Under the pieces are notes generated by a model. That model was not told the DNA's origin, ran no database searches, and saw nothing but the letters and a program-made list of their open reading frames with translations. Positions 1-11,849 of a DNA stretch of 64,000 nt are shown here, in pieces (the first letter of the stretch is position 1; each line of letters opens with the position of its first letter). This DNA comes from Octopus sinensis (lineage: Eukaryota). Position numbers and translations under genes: made by a program. The stretch lies in the NCBI RefSeq assembly GCF_006345805.1, contig NC_043017.1, positions 26,164,001 through 26,228,000 of the forward strand, read 5' to 3'.

Positions 1-485
1 TTATATAAATGTAAGTAATTCGTTATGTGTTGGGTATGCTCATAGTAGTTAGCTGATAAAGCACTTTCACTGTCTATGGCTCCCTGATATCATCCATAGT
101 ATTTACGCAATTGTCAGTGGATCTACTCAGGAATTCTTCAGTGTTTATTGAGTATATAAGAAATGATGGAGACAGAAAATAGAATATATACGAGGAACTT
201 TATTGCTCACAATGATCATTTCAACACATCCTGCATTGATCCCTTGTAGGTGGGAGACTGTACAACTGGTTGTGGTGCATCATTTGGTGCAGAAGTTTTT
301 CATCAGGTGATATTATAAGGAGTATTTCATTAAATAAACTCTGTTTCCCCTTGGTTCTAATACAGCATGTTGTTACCATAGGATTAAGTCATTAGGCAGG
401 AATGAGTTGGAATAGATTCCATTGCAATGTTGCAGACATTTGTCTATATTAGTAGTAAATCAAAGGCAGGGAGTTTAATTTACTG

Positions 486-535
<50 letters not shown>

Positions 536-537
536 TA

Positions 538-609
538 TGGGATGAAGTGCTGAAGGATGACCTCAGAATGCTGAACCTTTCAGATGAGATGACAAAGGAC
601 CAAGATACA
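538..609 (+). mobile_element. RTE-type LINE 3' terminal fragment
   Basis: Translates WDEVLKDDLRMLNLSDEMTKDQDT, resembling the RTE ORF C-terminus (W.E.V..DL..L.L...M..DR..W). It starts right after a (TA)n tract. Family assigned from memory. Confidence 0.5.
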
Positions 610-611
610 CT

Positions 612-663
612 GTCTCTGATGAAGGGATATTATTAATAAATATCCTAGAAACAGCTGTAAGAC
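612..663 (+). ncRNA. Type I hammerhead ribozyme motif (family 1, probably Penelope-like terminal repeat)
   Basis: GTCT-CTGATGA(616-622)-A-GGGATAT/loop/ATATCCT-A-GAAA(648-651). Stem III is the palindrome ACAGCTGT, the cleavage triplet is GUA (657-659), and AGAC (660-663) pairs with GTCT as stem I. Confidence 0.7.
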
Positions 664-904
664 CATCTATCTATAAATGCTGTAATATCTATACAGCCTT
701 GGTTTTTTATCTTATTATGCAAAAAATTCTTATAAACATATGTTGACATAGAACCAACGTTGAACCCTATATTCGCAATATTACTGAATCTGGAACTTAA
801 CTATGGTCTGTCTATAGCACTGATTCAGCTTTACCTGATGCCTTTGGGTATCAATGACACCGTTATCTCTTATAACCTCAACTTCTCGCTACTATATATA
901 TGTA

Positions 905-1266
905 CTAGCAGTATCGCCCGGCGTTGCTGAGGTTTGTAAGGGAAATAACTATAAAGCATTTTTAGAGAGTTATAGCAAAAAAAATTATGGTAAATTATTT
1001 TTGAGAGTAAAAAAGGTGGAGTTGCGTCCCCTAGACAGTTTGCGGTTTGTGTTTCTGATTCTCGACCCCATGTCGAATTTATCGATTTTTTCAGAACTGG
1101 GGGAACTTTTCAAAATTTTCGCTGCGTTAGTTTTGAATTATGACATTGGGCTATGTGTGTGTCAAGTTTCATCAGAATCGGTTGAAAGCCGTGGTCAGGG
1201 TGAGGGTACAAGCAAACAGACACACAGAAACACGCACAGACAAACTGCCGTTTATATAGAGAGAGA
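905..1266 (-). mobile_element. Non-autonomous Helitron-like element
   Basis: Minus strand begins A|TC (TCTCTCTCTATATAAACGGCAG) and ends GCAACGCCGGGCGATACTGCTAG|T. It has 5' TC, 3' CTAG, a GC-rich subterminal segment, an A/T insertion site and no TSD. Confidence 0.65.
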
Positions 1267-1298
1267 TTGAACGCTCAGGAAGGAAGGGAAGAAGAAGG

Positions 1299-1333
1299 GT
1301 TTTACGTTTCGAGCGGAGCTCTTCGTCAGAAAC
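1299..1333 (-). ncRNA. Minimal type I hammerhead ribozyme motif (family 2)
   Basis: Minus strand reads GTTT-CTGACGA-A-GAGC-TCC-GCTC-GAAA-CG-TA-AAAC: a 4 bp stem I, a 4 bp stem II, a palindromic ACGT stem III and a GUA triplet. It lies in a Penelope-like terminal fragment (~1268-1420). Confidence 0.7.
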
Positions 1334-1403
1334 ATATGAAAAGGAAAGATCCAGAGAAGGGAAGACGGAGGAAAAAATCGCCAACGGTACACACGCGGTC
1401 ACA

Positions 1404-1442
<39 letters not shown>

Positions 1443-2320
1443 CATACATTCATACATATATCCAAAAATCATCTAGAAATGATCTAGTTAATTACTAAAT
1501 CTCAGAACAGTTAAAATTTCGAAATTAAAAATGTTACAAGGAATAAAGTATACGAAAATCTTTCATAAATTACCTTTGTGTAAAAGACGCTACAATCAAA
1601 TGTGAAACGTTATCTTATTTAGAGATAACACACACACACACATACACACACAGACACACACACACACACATGCACATTTATATATCCACTCATATGTACA
1701 CATCCACACGCATGTATACACTGTCGCATGAATCTACATGTTGACGCATGGAAGATTCAATCAGAATGTGTGATTTTGTTGGTTGGTAAGTGGGATATAC
1801 TTAAGCGACAAGTATAATTTTATTTTCTCCATTTCCATGTCTTCCACTGGAACAAGTGATATATAAATGTAAGATCCGGGGATCGATGTGCAGGAAGAAA
1901 GTTAGCTTCAAGCAATCAGTTATGGGATGCACCACTTTTGCTCTCGGCCTGAATTTACTAAAACTGCTCGTCTACGGTTACTAACAGCTGATTGATACAA
2001 AATCATGCTATACGTTGAATGAATCTCACATCCTGCGTTGGCCAGACACGAAACACTTTTCCAAAGCTCCATGCATGTATCTCGCTTTGAATATGATTAT
2101 CAATCTCTTTCATGAAAGCTAGGGAGAGGTGCTTAAAATTTCGTAACTAAAAGGGTATTACGAATCGCCTAGCTGGAGGCCTAAATTTCCGAGTGTTTTA
2201 CCACACCTACAAAACCTCAAGGACCTCAGCTACGAATATAGGAATCTGAGAGGGGAATCTATTGAATAAAATTATAATTAACTGATCTTCTTAATTTTCT
2301 TTCATCCAAAGGCAAGTTAT

Positions 2321-3165
2321 ATACGAGGTGTGGTGAATAGACTGCCTTCTAAATTACGCAAGAGTGAAAATAACAAAATTGCATAAAATTTAACAAAATT
2401 GCATAAAAAACTTGAAATACTAAAGAGTAAACTTCCTCAAGAGAATCGCCATTTGCTTTAATCTCAGCCTCTAGATGACTTCAGAAGCCCCATCAAATCT
2501 TCTGGACGGTTTCCTGGTTTGAATTAATGATGACTGCCTTAATCCTTACCTTCAGTTCATCTTTGGTGTTAAAACAAATTCTGCTGGTCTCTCGTACAGC
2601 AGCACACCTCACATAATAATCAAGGGGGTTGCAGTTTGGGGAGTTACATGGTCAGGTGTTGTTGGTGATGTGGTCACAAATATTGTATGACAGCCAAGAC
2701 TGGCTTATCCTGCTTGTGTGGCATAAGGCACAGTCGTGTTGCCAGATATATTTTCTCCCAGCAGCCACTACATCCTCAGCGCACTTGGTGTAGGCCTCCG
2801 TATTTAGTCTGAGGCTGTGTGAGAAGATAATTGGAAGCTTAACCTCACCATCACTAGTGATCACTCCAAGCACCATGATGTTGACTGGTCGTTTGATTTT
2901 TATTACACCCGGTATATGTTTTCGGTCACGGCAATTCAACGGTTGTTCTGTGTGCTCACCATCTCTTCGTATTGAAGGTTCTGGCGCGAATGCCAAGCAC
3001 GTCATTTCCAAATTTCTGGTAGAGTGGTTTGCATCACCGTGCTGTTTCTTTCTCACAGACGGTACCCAACTGCTCCTACTATACTATGTAGACGAAAAAT
3101 TAAAAACAACGCGCATGCACGAATTTAATGATATAAAATGGCAATGATTCACCAATCGCCCACTA
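2321..3165 (-). mobile_element. Internally deleted Tc1/mariner DD37D (maT-type) transposon relic
   Basis: ORF 2652-3056 plus read-through gives VMVLGVITSDG...WQHD-x37-D (WQHDCALCHTS...*PCNSPNCNPLDYYV), with in-frame stops. Degenerate TIRs (GGTGAAT...TGCC) and flanking TA are present. Confidence 0.85.
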
Positions 3166-3173
3166 TATACATA

Positions 3174-3305
3174 TTTTTTCACTTTCCTGCAGAGAAGATT
3201 GCATTGTTTATACCATTTATTCTTTTGAATAGTATCAGTGGAATTTTCGAAACATGTGTCGACAGTAAAAATATTTGATTTATACCTGCGTTAAACTCCA
3301 TTTAT
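3174..3305 (+). repeat. Unclassified dispersed repeat, copy 1 (copy 2 at 46014-46142)
   Basis: Shares the long near-identical core GCATTGTTTATACCATTTATTCTTTT..AATAGTATCAGTGGAATTTTCGAAACATGTGTCGA with copy 2. Both copies end at (TA)n. Confidence 0.8.
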
Positions 3306-3308
3306 TTA

Positions 3309-3350
<42 letters not shown>

Positions 3351-4164
3351 TAAAAACGGTAAGATAACAAAAGAAAGAAAGAGGCTTCAGTATTATATAT
3401 ATATATACATATATACATAGTGTGTGTATATGTTTGTGCCTGTATTTTTGTGTATTTGTGTATGTATATCGAGTATATTGTGCGTTGTAAACCTCGTACT
3501 ACACGCTATATTTCTGGGAGCAAACCATACCAGGGAAGATCGATACGAGATCCTCTGACTCTTGTGATCTCCTGATATCAATCTGCCTTGCAAAATTATA
3601 TCTGATAACAATTAAGGTCTACAACGGTTTTGCTATGTGGCACAAGCGGTTTCTCTCCGATGTGACGAACTTGATTTTATTTCAGTTTCTGTCATGATAA
3701 AAGCTGCTGCTGCTGCTACTGCTACCGCTACTGCTGCTGCTGCTGCTGATCATAATGTTGATTAAGAGGCAGAGTACGAAGCGATAAAATATACAAGAAT
3801 TTCGATGATGATAACGATAAAGTTTAAACATAGAGAATCAGCGGTTCGAGAAAAGTGTTGTCATTATAAAATAGAAAAAAAAAAAAAAAGAAAGAAAGAA
3901 CAACGCTTTCACCGGATTGATTCAGATAAAATTAATGAAAGTTGAAATTGGGAAAATTCTTTGATCTAGACTATATATGATACTATGTAGTAGATATATC
4001 ATTTGATGTGAAAGATACACCATTAGTCTCAATTGATAGATCGATGGCTTTTATTATAACGTCCAGCATTACTAGTGTATTAACATTTATATTAAAGCTA
4101 CAAGCTTCCTGAAATTTAGTTTTAAGTATATCGATATAAAAGTAATGTGTATACATGTATATAT

Positions 4165-4206
<42 letters not shown>

Positions 4207-4236
4207 AATATATACATATATTTATATGTAGACATG

Positions 4237-4267
<31 letters not shown>

Positions 4268-4598
4268 GTATATGTATATATACATATATACATATGTATA
4301 TATTTATGTATATATATATAAGTATATATACGTATATATGTGTGTATACAACGTATGTGCAAAGTGCGCAATGTACTACTTACAAAGATGTACACATATA
4401 TAGTATGTATTTACATCTGTTATCTATTTATATCAATATATGTATATACACATTACTATGCACACACACACGCACACACACATATATAAGTATATATATA
4501 TACAAAGATATGCATACATATATACTTCCACATATATAAATATTTTTGTACATCTATATGTAATATATACATTGTGTATATATATATATATATATACT

Positions 4599-4684
<86 letters not shown>

Positions 4685-4691
4685 ATATATA

Positions 4692-4731
<40 letters not shown>

Positions 4732-5505
4732 GTGTATGTATGTATATATATACACATGTATATGTGTGTTTAAGGACGTAAGTGCGTGCTTTCCCGCGAG
4801 TGTCCTGTATGTTGTGGGTGTGAGAAACATTAGTGAAAGTTTTACCAGAAACTGGGAAGTAATTATCAAATGATCATACGGTTTATTTTCTTGTTGCTAT
4901 TGAAGTATTTGCTATTTTTTGTTTTTGTGTTTTGCTGTTCTTTTGTTGTTTTAGCGTTGCTGTTCTTTTGACTTTAAAATTCGCTCATATGGCAAAGTAC
5001 GTTTCGTTTAAAATAGAAAGGTAATGTGCCACTAAATACCATTCTAAAAGTTAAGTGATGGTGATTATAAAATATCTATCCATCCATATGTCTCTCCGTT
5101 CATCCATCCATCCATCCATCGTTTCATCCATCCAACCATCCATCAATCCATCCACCCGTCCGTCTGTTTTTCTGTCTGTCTCTCTCTCTCTCTCTCACTC
5201 TACTTATCTGTTAAATATGTATGTATGTATATATGTATGTATGTATCTATCTATATGTCTATCTACTTACATATGCCGGTATTCATGTATATATGAACAC
5301 ACACACGCATATACATACACACACACACACATATATATATGTATATGTGTGTATGTATGTATGTATAAATATTTTATAATTATGTACACAATTATAAAAC
5401 ATTTTGTAAAATAATCTTACCTATAAGTTTTTTTATTTCCGCGCTGGCTATCTGCTAAAATTATTATTAATTTTACCCTATATTATTATGATCATATATA
5501 TGTTT

Positions 5506-5550
<45 letters not shown>

Positions 5551-6169
5551 TATATATATATCTATATCTGTGGCTCTCTCTCTATATATATATGTATATA
5601 GTGTGTGTCTATATACACAGTAAGATCGAGTGAAAGAGGAAGTACAATACTTAACGATTTAGTTTACGTTAGAAATCAATATGTTGTGTAGGTCATGTAT
5701 TACACTATAGAATGATACTTCCCTTAACGTGAAGAATATGGAATAAGTGAGGAAATTATGGTTGTTATGCAGTTAACGCCTAACATAATACTACCGGTAA
5801 ATACTTTATTTCGTTATTTAATATTTTTAGCATATATTACTATCACGTAGTATCATTTGTAACCGTGTTCTGTAATTATGAAGTTCTGTAATTATGAGTG
5901 GGAAGTGCTTATGGTCTAATGGAACAAATTTCAGGCTTTGGGAAGGATAAGACTAAAGCCCTAATGGTTATGTAAAAGACAGAGTGGAGATGTTCCAGCT
6001 GGATCTCGTTTGAGGAGGAAGAGAAACCACCTCCAGTACCGATTGAAGGCCATATGTTTGTGCTAAAGACTAAGGGAAGTAACTATGTGTAAATCATAAT
6101 GATAGCATTGACGTTTCCCCACTACCAAGACAGCCATATCATTTCTTATTTAAGTATAAGTTCGAAAGT

Positions 6170-6553
6170 GGAGGCGCAATGGCCCAGTGGTTAGGGCAGC
6201 GGACTCGCGGTCGTAGGATCGCAGTTTCGATTCCCAGACCGGGGCTTGTGAGTGTTTATTGAGCAAAAACACCTAAAGCTCCACGAGGCTCCGGCAGGGG
6301 ATGGTGGCGATCCCTGCTGTACTCTTTCACCACAACTTTCTCTCACTCTTATTTCCTGTTTCTGTTGTACCTGTATTTCAAAAGGCCGGCCTTGTCACTC
6401 TCTGTGTCACGCTGAATATCCCCGAGAACTACGTTAAGGGTACACATGTCTGTGGAGTGCTCAGCCACTTACACGTTAATTTCACGAGCAGGCTGTTCCG
6501 TTGATCGGATCAACCGGAACCCTCGTCGTCGTAACCGACGGAGTACTTCCACG
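6170..6553 (+). mobile_element. tRNA-derived SINE, family A, full length
   Basis: A box TGGCCCAGTGG and B box GTTTCGATTCC; 13 bp TSD TAAGTTCGAAAGT at 6157-6169 and 6554-6566; three more copies in the window. Confidence 0.9.
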
Positions 6554-7203
6554 TAAGTTCGAAAGTTGTCTGAATGGAGTGAAGTTATAAATGTATGAAA
6601 TCTCCTGGCGGTTTAACTGTACTTGTCTCCAATATCCAATCGGCTAAAATGTATCAGCAGAACGTCACCCAGTGTTATGACATGGGTGTGGCCAGAATGT
6701 CGTTTGAGTATAGGAAGTTAAGGACCGAAACACTTGCCTTATGAGGGTTTCTTCTTCTGTTCAGTTCTCTTCACAAGTTTTTTTCTGCAGATACCGTCGA
6801 TCTAGTAGTACTTGATTGGTAGTATATTTATTTGATACGAAATAACGAAAGGCAAATATTTCCTCTCTGAGATTTGAACTCAAATCTTCCCACGCTGGAA
6901 CAACTACCAAAGGGCATTTATACAAACGTTGACATGATTCTGGCATTCCATATCAATAACTGTCTATATATTCTTTTCCTTTATGTTGTATTCTTTTCTC
7001 GGCCTTTATATAATAATCATAGCATCAGCCTTTTCTATTTTCAGAAACTACAGAATTTCTTCCGTCGTAGAACAACGAAATTTAGAACGGAAATTTCAGG
7101 GTTTCATTACAGCAATACTAACATACCTATTCTTAGCAGTAAGAGATGTCACTATGAAGCGTGGCTGTCTATTTCTTTATTCAAAATTCTATATTTCCCT
7201 ATT

Positions 7204-7591
7204 GGATGGAAGCACTCCGTCGGTTACGACGACGAGGGTTCCGGTTGATCCGAGTCAACGGCACAGCCTGCTCGTGAAATTAACGTGTAAGTGACTGAGC
7301 ACTCCACAGATACGTGTACCCTTAACGTAGTTCTCGGGGATATTCAGCGTGACACAGAGAGTGACAAGGCCGGCCCTTTGAAATACAGGTACAACAGAAA
7401 CAGGAAGTAAGCATGAGAGAAAGTTGTGGTGAAAGAGTACAGCAGGGATCACCACCATCCCCTGCCGGAGCCTCGTGGAGCTTTTGGTGTTTTCGCTCAA
7501 TAAACACTCACAACGCCCGGTCTGGGAATCGAAACCGCGATCCTATGACCGCGAGTTCGCTGCCCTAACCACTGGGCCATTGCGTCTCCAC
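7204..7591 (-). mobile_element. tRNA-derived SINE, family A, full length
   Basis: Reverse complement of 6170-6553; 12 bp TSD TATTTCCCTATT at 7192-7203 and 7592-7603. Confidence 0.9.
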
Positions 7592-8043
7592 TATTTCCCT
7601 ATTATATGTATTATTGATAATGAACATTTGGAATTCAAAATATCTTAGAAAATGAGTGATATTTGTTTTTATAGAGACCAAACTATAAAATGTTTTCTCG
7701 ATTGCAAAAAATCTTGTCGCAGTCTTTAACAACGAGAATTCGGCAAGAGAAACTGCAAATGAATGTTGTAGAGTCAATACTCATTAATATCACAAAAACT
7801 TATACAGAGTGGTTATAGTATGTCGTACATCCGCAATGGGCATTAACGACATGTTACGAAACCTCTAATTGATTTGTTTTTGACGATGCAGTCTCTCACC
7901 ACCTGCTTTTGAGAAAGAAGTTTTACTCGGCATGTTTCAGATAATTTACTTGAAATGTGAAATATGTACGACTAGGCCATCTTATCAAGTACATATAGAG
8001 GACAAAATAAAAAGAACAACATTGTATATATATATATATATAT

Positions 8044-8076
<33 letters not shown>

Positions 8077-8337
8077 ATATATATATATTATATATATATA
8101 TATATGTATATATATATGTATATATGAACTCAGGCTCTTGTGTAGCTGCTTGGTACGTATTTCTAGAGTTTCATCATCCTTGATTCTCATTGTAAGATAA
8201 ATCTCAGGTGTACGACAACAGAATAAATGGTCAATAGGAATAGTGCGTCATTTGTAGTTACATATACCAATACATGTATGTTTATTTATGTATATAGATG
8301 TACGTATGCACATCATCTTACCAGTATGTATGTCTGC

Positions 8338-8380
<43 letters not shown>

Positions 8381-8394
8381 TATATATATATATT

Positions 8395-8444
<50 letters not shown>

Positions 8445-8460
8445 CACATATATATGTTGT

Positions 8461-8614
8461 GGGTGTGTCGGTGTGGTACGTAGCTTGCTTACCAACAACA
8501 TGATTCTGGGTTCAGTCCCACAGCGTGGCATCTTGGGCAAGTGTCTTCTACTATAGCCTCGGGCCTACCAAACCCATGTGAGTAAATTTGGTAGACGGAA
8601 ACTGAAAGATGCCC

Positions 8615-8617
<3 letters not shown>
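8461..8617 (+). mobile_element. tRNA-derived SINE, family B, 5' half
   Basis: GTGTGGTA.GTAGCTTGCTTACCAAC...GGGTTCAGTCCCA...CTTGGGCAAGTGTCTTCT, homologous to 44807-45209 and 49576-49987; ends in (TA)n. Confidence 0.85.
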
Positions 8618-8662
<45 letters not shown>

Positions 8663-8803
8663 ATAAAATAGGGTAATAATAAATTATTATTAGCAGTGGC
8701 CTAGCAATGGGAAATAGCTGAGATGGTAAATGTTTTTAATTCGTGAATTTATCCCTTTTTAGTGTTCTAGCACAACGCTCTCCTGTTTGGAAGCCTCTTA
8801 TTG

Positions 8804-8847
<44 letters not shown>

Positions 8848-9870
8848 GTGTGTGTGTGTGTGTGTGTGTGCGTGCGTGTGTGTGCAAATTGTGGACTCTG
8901 TAAAATACAAAGTGGTTCAAGGTTTGTTAGAATAACTTGCACTTTTCCTTCATGCTAAGTCAAATATAGATACGCACCTTTGTAAAAATATCAGAAACAT
9001 GTACAATATATTCAAATGCACTCCCCATATGTTTGAACGAGCCCATGTGCTACTGCGGAGGTATTTTGCGCCAACATCTTTGTAGTATGTGCTACGGTCC
9101 CTAGCTTTCTACGCCCCAACTTTATTTTAAATAACACTGTACAACGAGTGCAAGTTTATTTCTTAATCGTAATGCGATGAGTGTATCCTTCAAATATTCC
9201 ATTTTTTTGCAAGAAATTTCATTGCATATAATTTACTTATTTACTCTTATCTTAGAAATGCAATAATTTATTCGATCGTAAGCTTTAATTCTATATTTCG
9301 AATTCGATGTGTTGTTCATCTGATTATCATCTTTGTCTTTGAAGGCAGCTGTAGTTATCTTCCCATGTTTATTAAATTCGAGCTACAGATTTCATCTTTC
9401 TACCTTATTACCTATTGAACATATGTGGATGTCTGTTAAGTTCTTTTATCTCAAAATTAATATTGATGCAATCGTTTGGTAGATTTAAATATGTGAAGCT
9501 ACATTTGATCAATTTAATCTAGTTTCTGTCTCCTTATTCAAATTGGTAGTAAGTCCGCTTTTATCTAGGCTTAGGAAAAGAAAATTAAGGCACTAAAATA
9601 TTCTGGTTAAAAAATTGCCTTTCTATAAGTATTCAATATATTGAAATATTCACTAAATTTAACAGTATTGATTTAGTTGGTCCTGACACATGCATGTATG
9701 CATACACGCAGTGCGTGGGAGTTTGTGCACGCTAAATGTCCTTTCCACTTAGATATCTGACGTAAGCTTTTCATAACTAAAACTACGCGGTACTGGTAAT
9801 GTCATCCTGACTGTAAATTTAAAGGCAGGCCGCTTTTGTTTTTGCCTCTTGATCCAAAATTTGTCTAGAA

Positions 9871-9945
9871 CAGTAGTTCTCACCCTGGGCTCCGCGGCCC
9901 CCGGGTGATTCACAGAATTAATGCTGGGGGTCAGTTATCTAAATT
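9871..9945 (+). mobile_element. hAT/Charlie-like left-end fragment
   Basis: CAGTAGTTCTCA terminus preceded by GTCTAGAA (Charlie-type NTCTAGAN target). The partner end was not found. Confidence 0.4.
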
Positions 9946-9989
9946 CAAAAATTCATATGTATGTATGTATGTATATATGTATGTATGTA

Positions 9990-10015
9990 TGTATGTGTCT
10001 ATCTATCTATCTATA

Positions 10016-10107
<92 letters not shown>

Positions 10108-10135
10108 CATCCATCTATCTATCTATCTATCTATC

Positions 10136-10186
<51 letters not shown>

Positions 10187-10264
10187 AATCTATCTATCTA
10201 TCTAAATATCTATCTATCTATCTGTCTGTCTATCTGTCTGTCTATCTATCTATCTATCTGTCTC

Positions 10265-10300
<36 letters not shown>
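9990..10300. repeat. (TATC)n tetranucleotide microsatellite
   Basis: Directly visible; source of the YLSI-repeat ORFs. Confidence 0.98.
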
Positions 10301-10301
<1 letters not shown>

Positions 10302-10348
10302 ATAAGGTAAAGATTAAAAGAGTCAAAAGGAAGATTTATTACGGTTAA

Positions 10349-11026
10349 GCAGCTTTTTAATGATCACTAGAAAGGTATTGATACATATAGACCTAAGTAT
10401 ATATACAGGATTTAAATTAAAATTAAAATGAAACTTGAATCAAGGTAACGATTTACCTCTATAATAAGATCCATACGTACCTCCTCGGGTAATATTTAAT
10501 GGCTGTCCCCGCAAGTAAATTTTGATTTCAATGTTAGGATCTTTTCGGTTTGAACGGCAGTTTTTTAAAAATATTTTCCACGTAACTAAACACGTTTAAA
10601 CTTGGTATACTGGTAGAATGTGTTTATAAAAAAAATCTTTTTCCCTTGGCTGTATTGAGAAAATTCTATGGTTTGTAAGATATTTGTTGTTTTTCTTCTT
10701 CAATTCTGCAATTTCAACCAATCAATGACCGTCTATTGGGGTGAAAACATTCTCTGCTGTATGAAAATGTCCTTCGTTTAAGAAACAGATTGGGTTTATT
10801 TACATTTGTGAAGAAAAAAAGATAGCCTTCCCCCACCCTTAACCGTAACCCTAACCCTAACTAACCCTTCCTCCACGCCTAACCATAAAATAGATTAAAA
10901 TGCAATAGACCGATACTAGGGTCATAATTATGGGTGACAATTTCATATGACACCGCTAGAAAAAAATGCCGTTCAAACCGAAAAGATCCCAATGTTATTA
11001 TATTGTAGTGACCATTAAAAAGCTGC
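10349..11026. mobile_element. Outer MITE (21 bp TIRs) interrupted by an inner MITE
   Basis: GCAGCTTTTTAATGATCACTA (10349-10369) and TAGTGACCATTAAAAAGCTGC (11006-11026) form a 20/21 inverted match. Confidence 0.6.
10536..10990. mobile_element. Inner MITE with ~28 bp TIRs, 6-7 bp TSD and internal (CCCTAA)n
   Basis: GGATCTTTTCGGTTTGAACGGCA.TTTTT at the left and AAAAAATGCCGTTCAAACCGAAAAGATCCC at the right; AATGTT(A) duplicated on both sides; telomere-type CCCTAA units at ~10836-10885. Confidence 0.85.
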
Positions 11027-11430
11027 CGAATCGTTCGTACTTTTCCTTTTGACTATTTTACTCTTTACTTTTTATTTTCACACATGGGGAATACCTAAGA
11101 CTAGAACTGGTAGCCTACCATAATATAACTACCGGCTATTTCGGAATTCTAAGGGTTAATGAGCACTATTTGCACGCTAATACGTTATTAACGGAACCAA
11201 TATTTAATTTACATAAATATAATAGTTACGTCTAATATCTCTACACGTCCAAATGATTTCAACTGTCAAAAATATAAGCCTTCATGACTGTTACAGTCAT
11301 TTCATAAATCAAGCATACTATATTTATTTATACTTACTTGTAATAATTGTCTTTGTTTTGTTATATTGTTTCATGTAGCGAGTATAAGGCTTGACATTTA
11401 TATTGCTTTTGCAAATGAAGGTGTATGTAC

Positions 11431-11482
<52 letters not shown>

Positions 11483-11506
11483 AATATATATATCTATATC
11501 TATATA

Positions 11507-11547
<41 letters not shown>

Positions 11548-11588
11548 TATATATATATACATAATATATATACATATATATATATATG

Positions 11589-11622
<34 letters not shown>

Positions 11623-11631
11623 GATAAGTGA

Positions 11632-11795
11632 GTAGGAGTGGCTGTGTGTTGAGTAGCTTGCTTTCCGAACCACATGGTTTCGAGTTCAATCCTACTGTAT
11701 GGCACTTTGTGCTTGTGTGTTTCATAATCTCTGGCTGACCAAAGATTTATGATTGGAATTTTTATACTTAATCCGACAGAAGACGTCGTGTATAT
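11632..11795 (+). mobile_element. SINE family B, degenerate 5' half
   Basis: GTAGGAGTGGCTGTGTG..GAGTAGCTTGC...GAGTTCAATCC head. Confidence 0.7.
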
Positions 11796-11817
11796 AGATA
11801 TAGTCTTAGTACAATCT

Positions 11818-11849
<32 letters not shown>

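Noticed and set aside
100-480. Penelope-like terminal fragment with a palindromic GAAATGATCATT on the minus strand
   Set aside because: No correctly placed CUGANGA; too decayed to call.
6170-6245. tRNA gene-like heads of the SINEs
   Set aside because: They have A and B boxes but no complete cloverleaf, and continue into SINE bodies with TSDs.
6252-6504. Recurrent 61-81 aa ORFs (MFIE.KH.KLHEAPAG...) also at 7255-7507, 24192-24444 and 49033-49233
   Set aside because: The apparent conservation reflects family A SINE copies, not a protein family.
8125-8170. Hammerhead-like ATGATGA...GAAATACGTAC on the minus strand
   Set aside because: C3 is missing and neither stem I nor stem II pairs.
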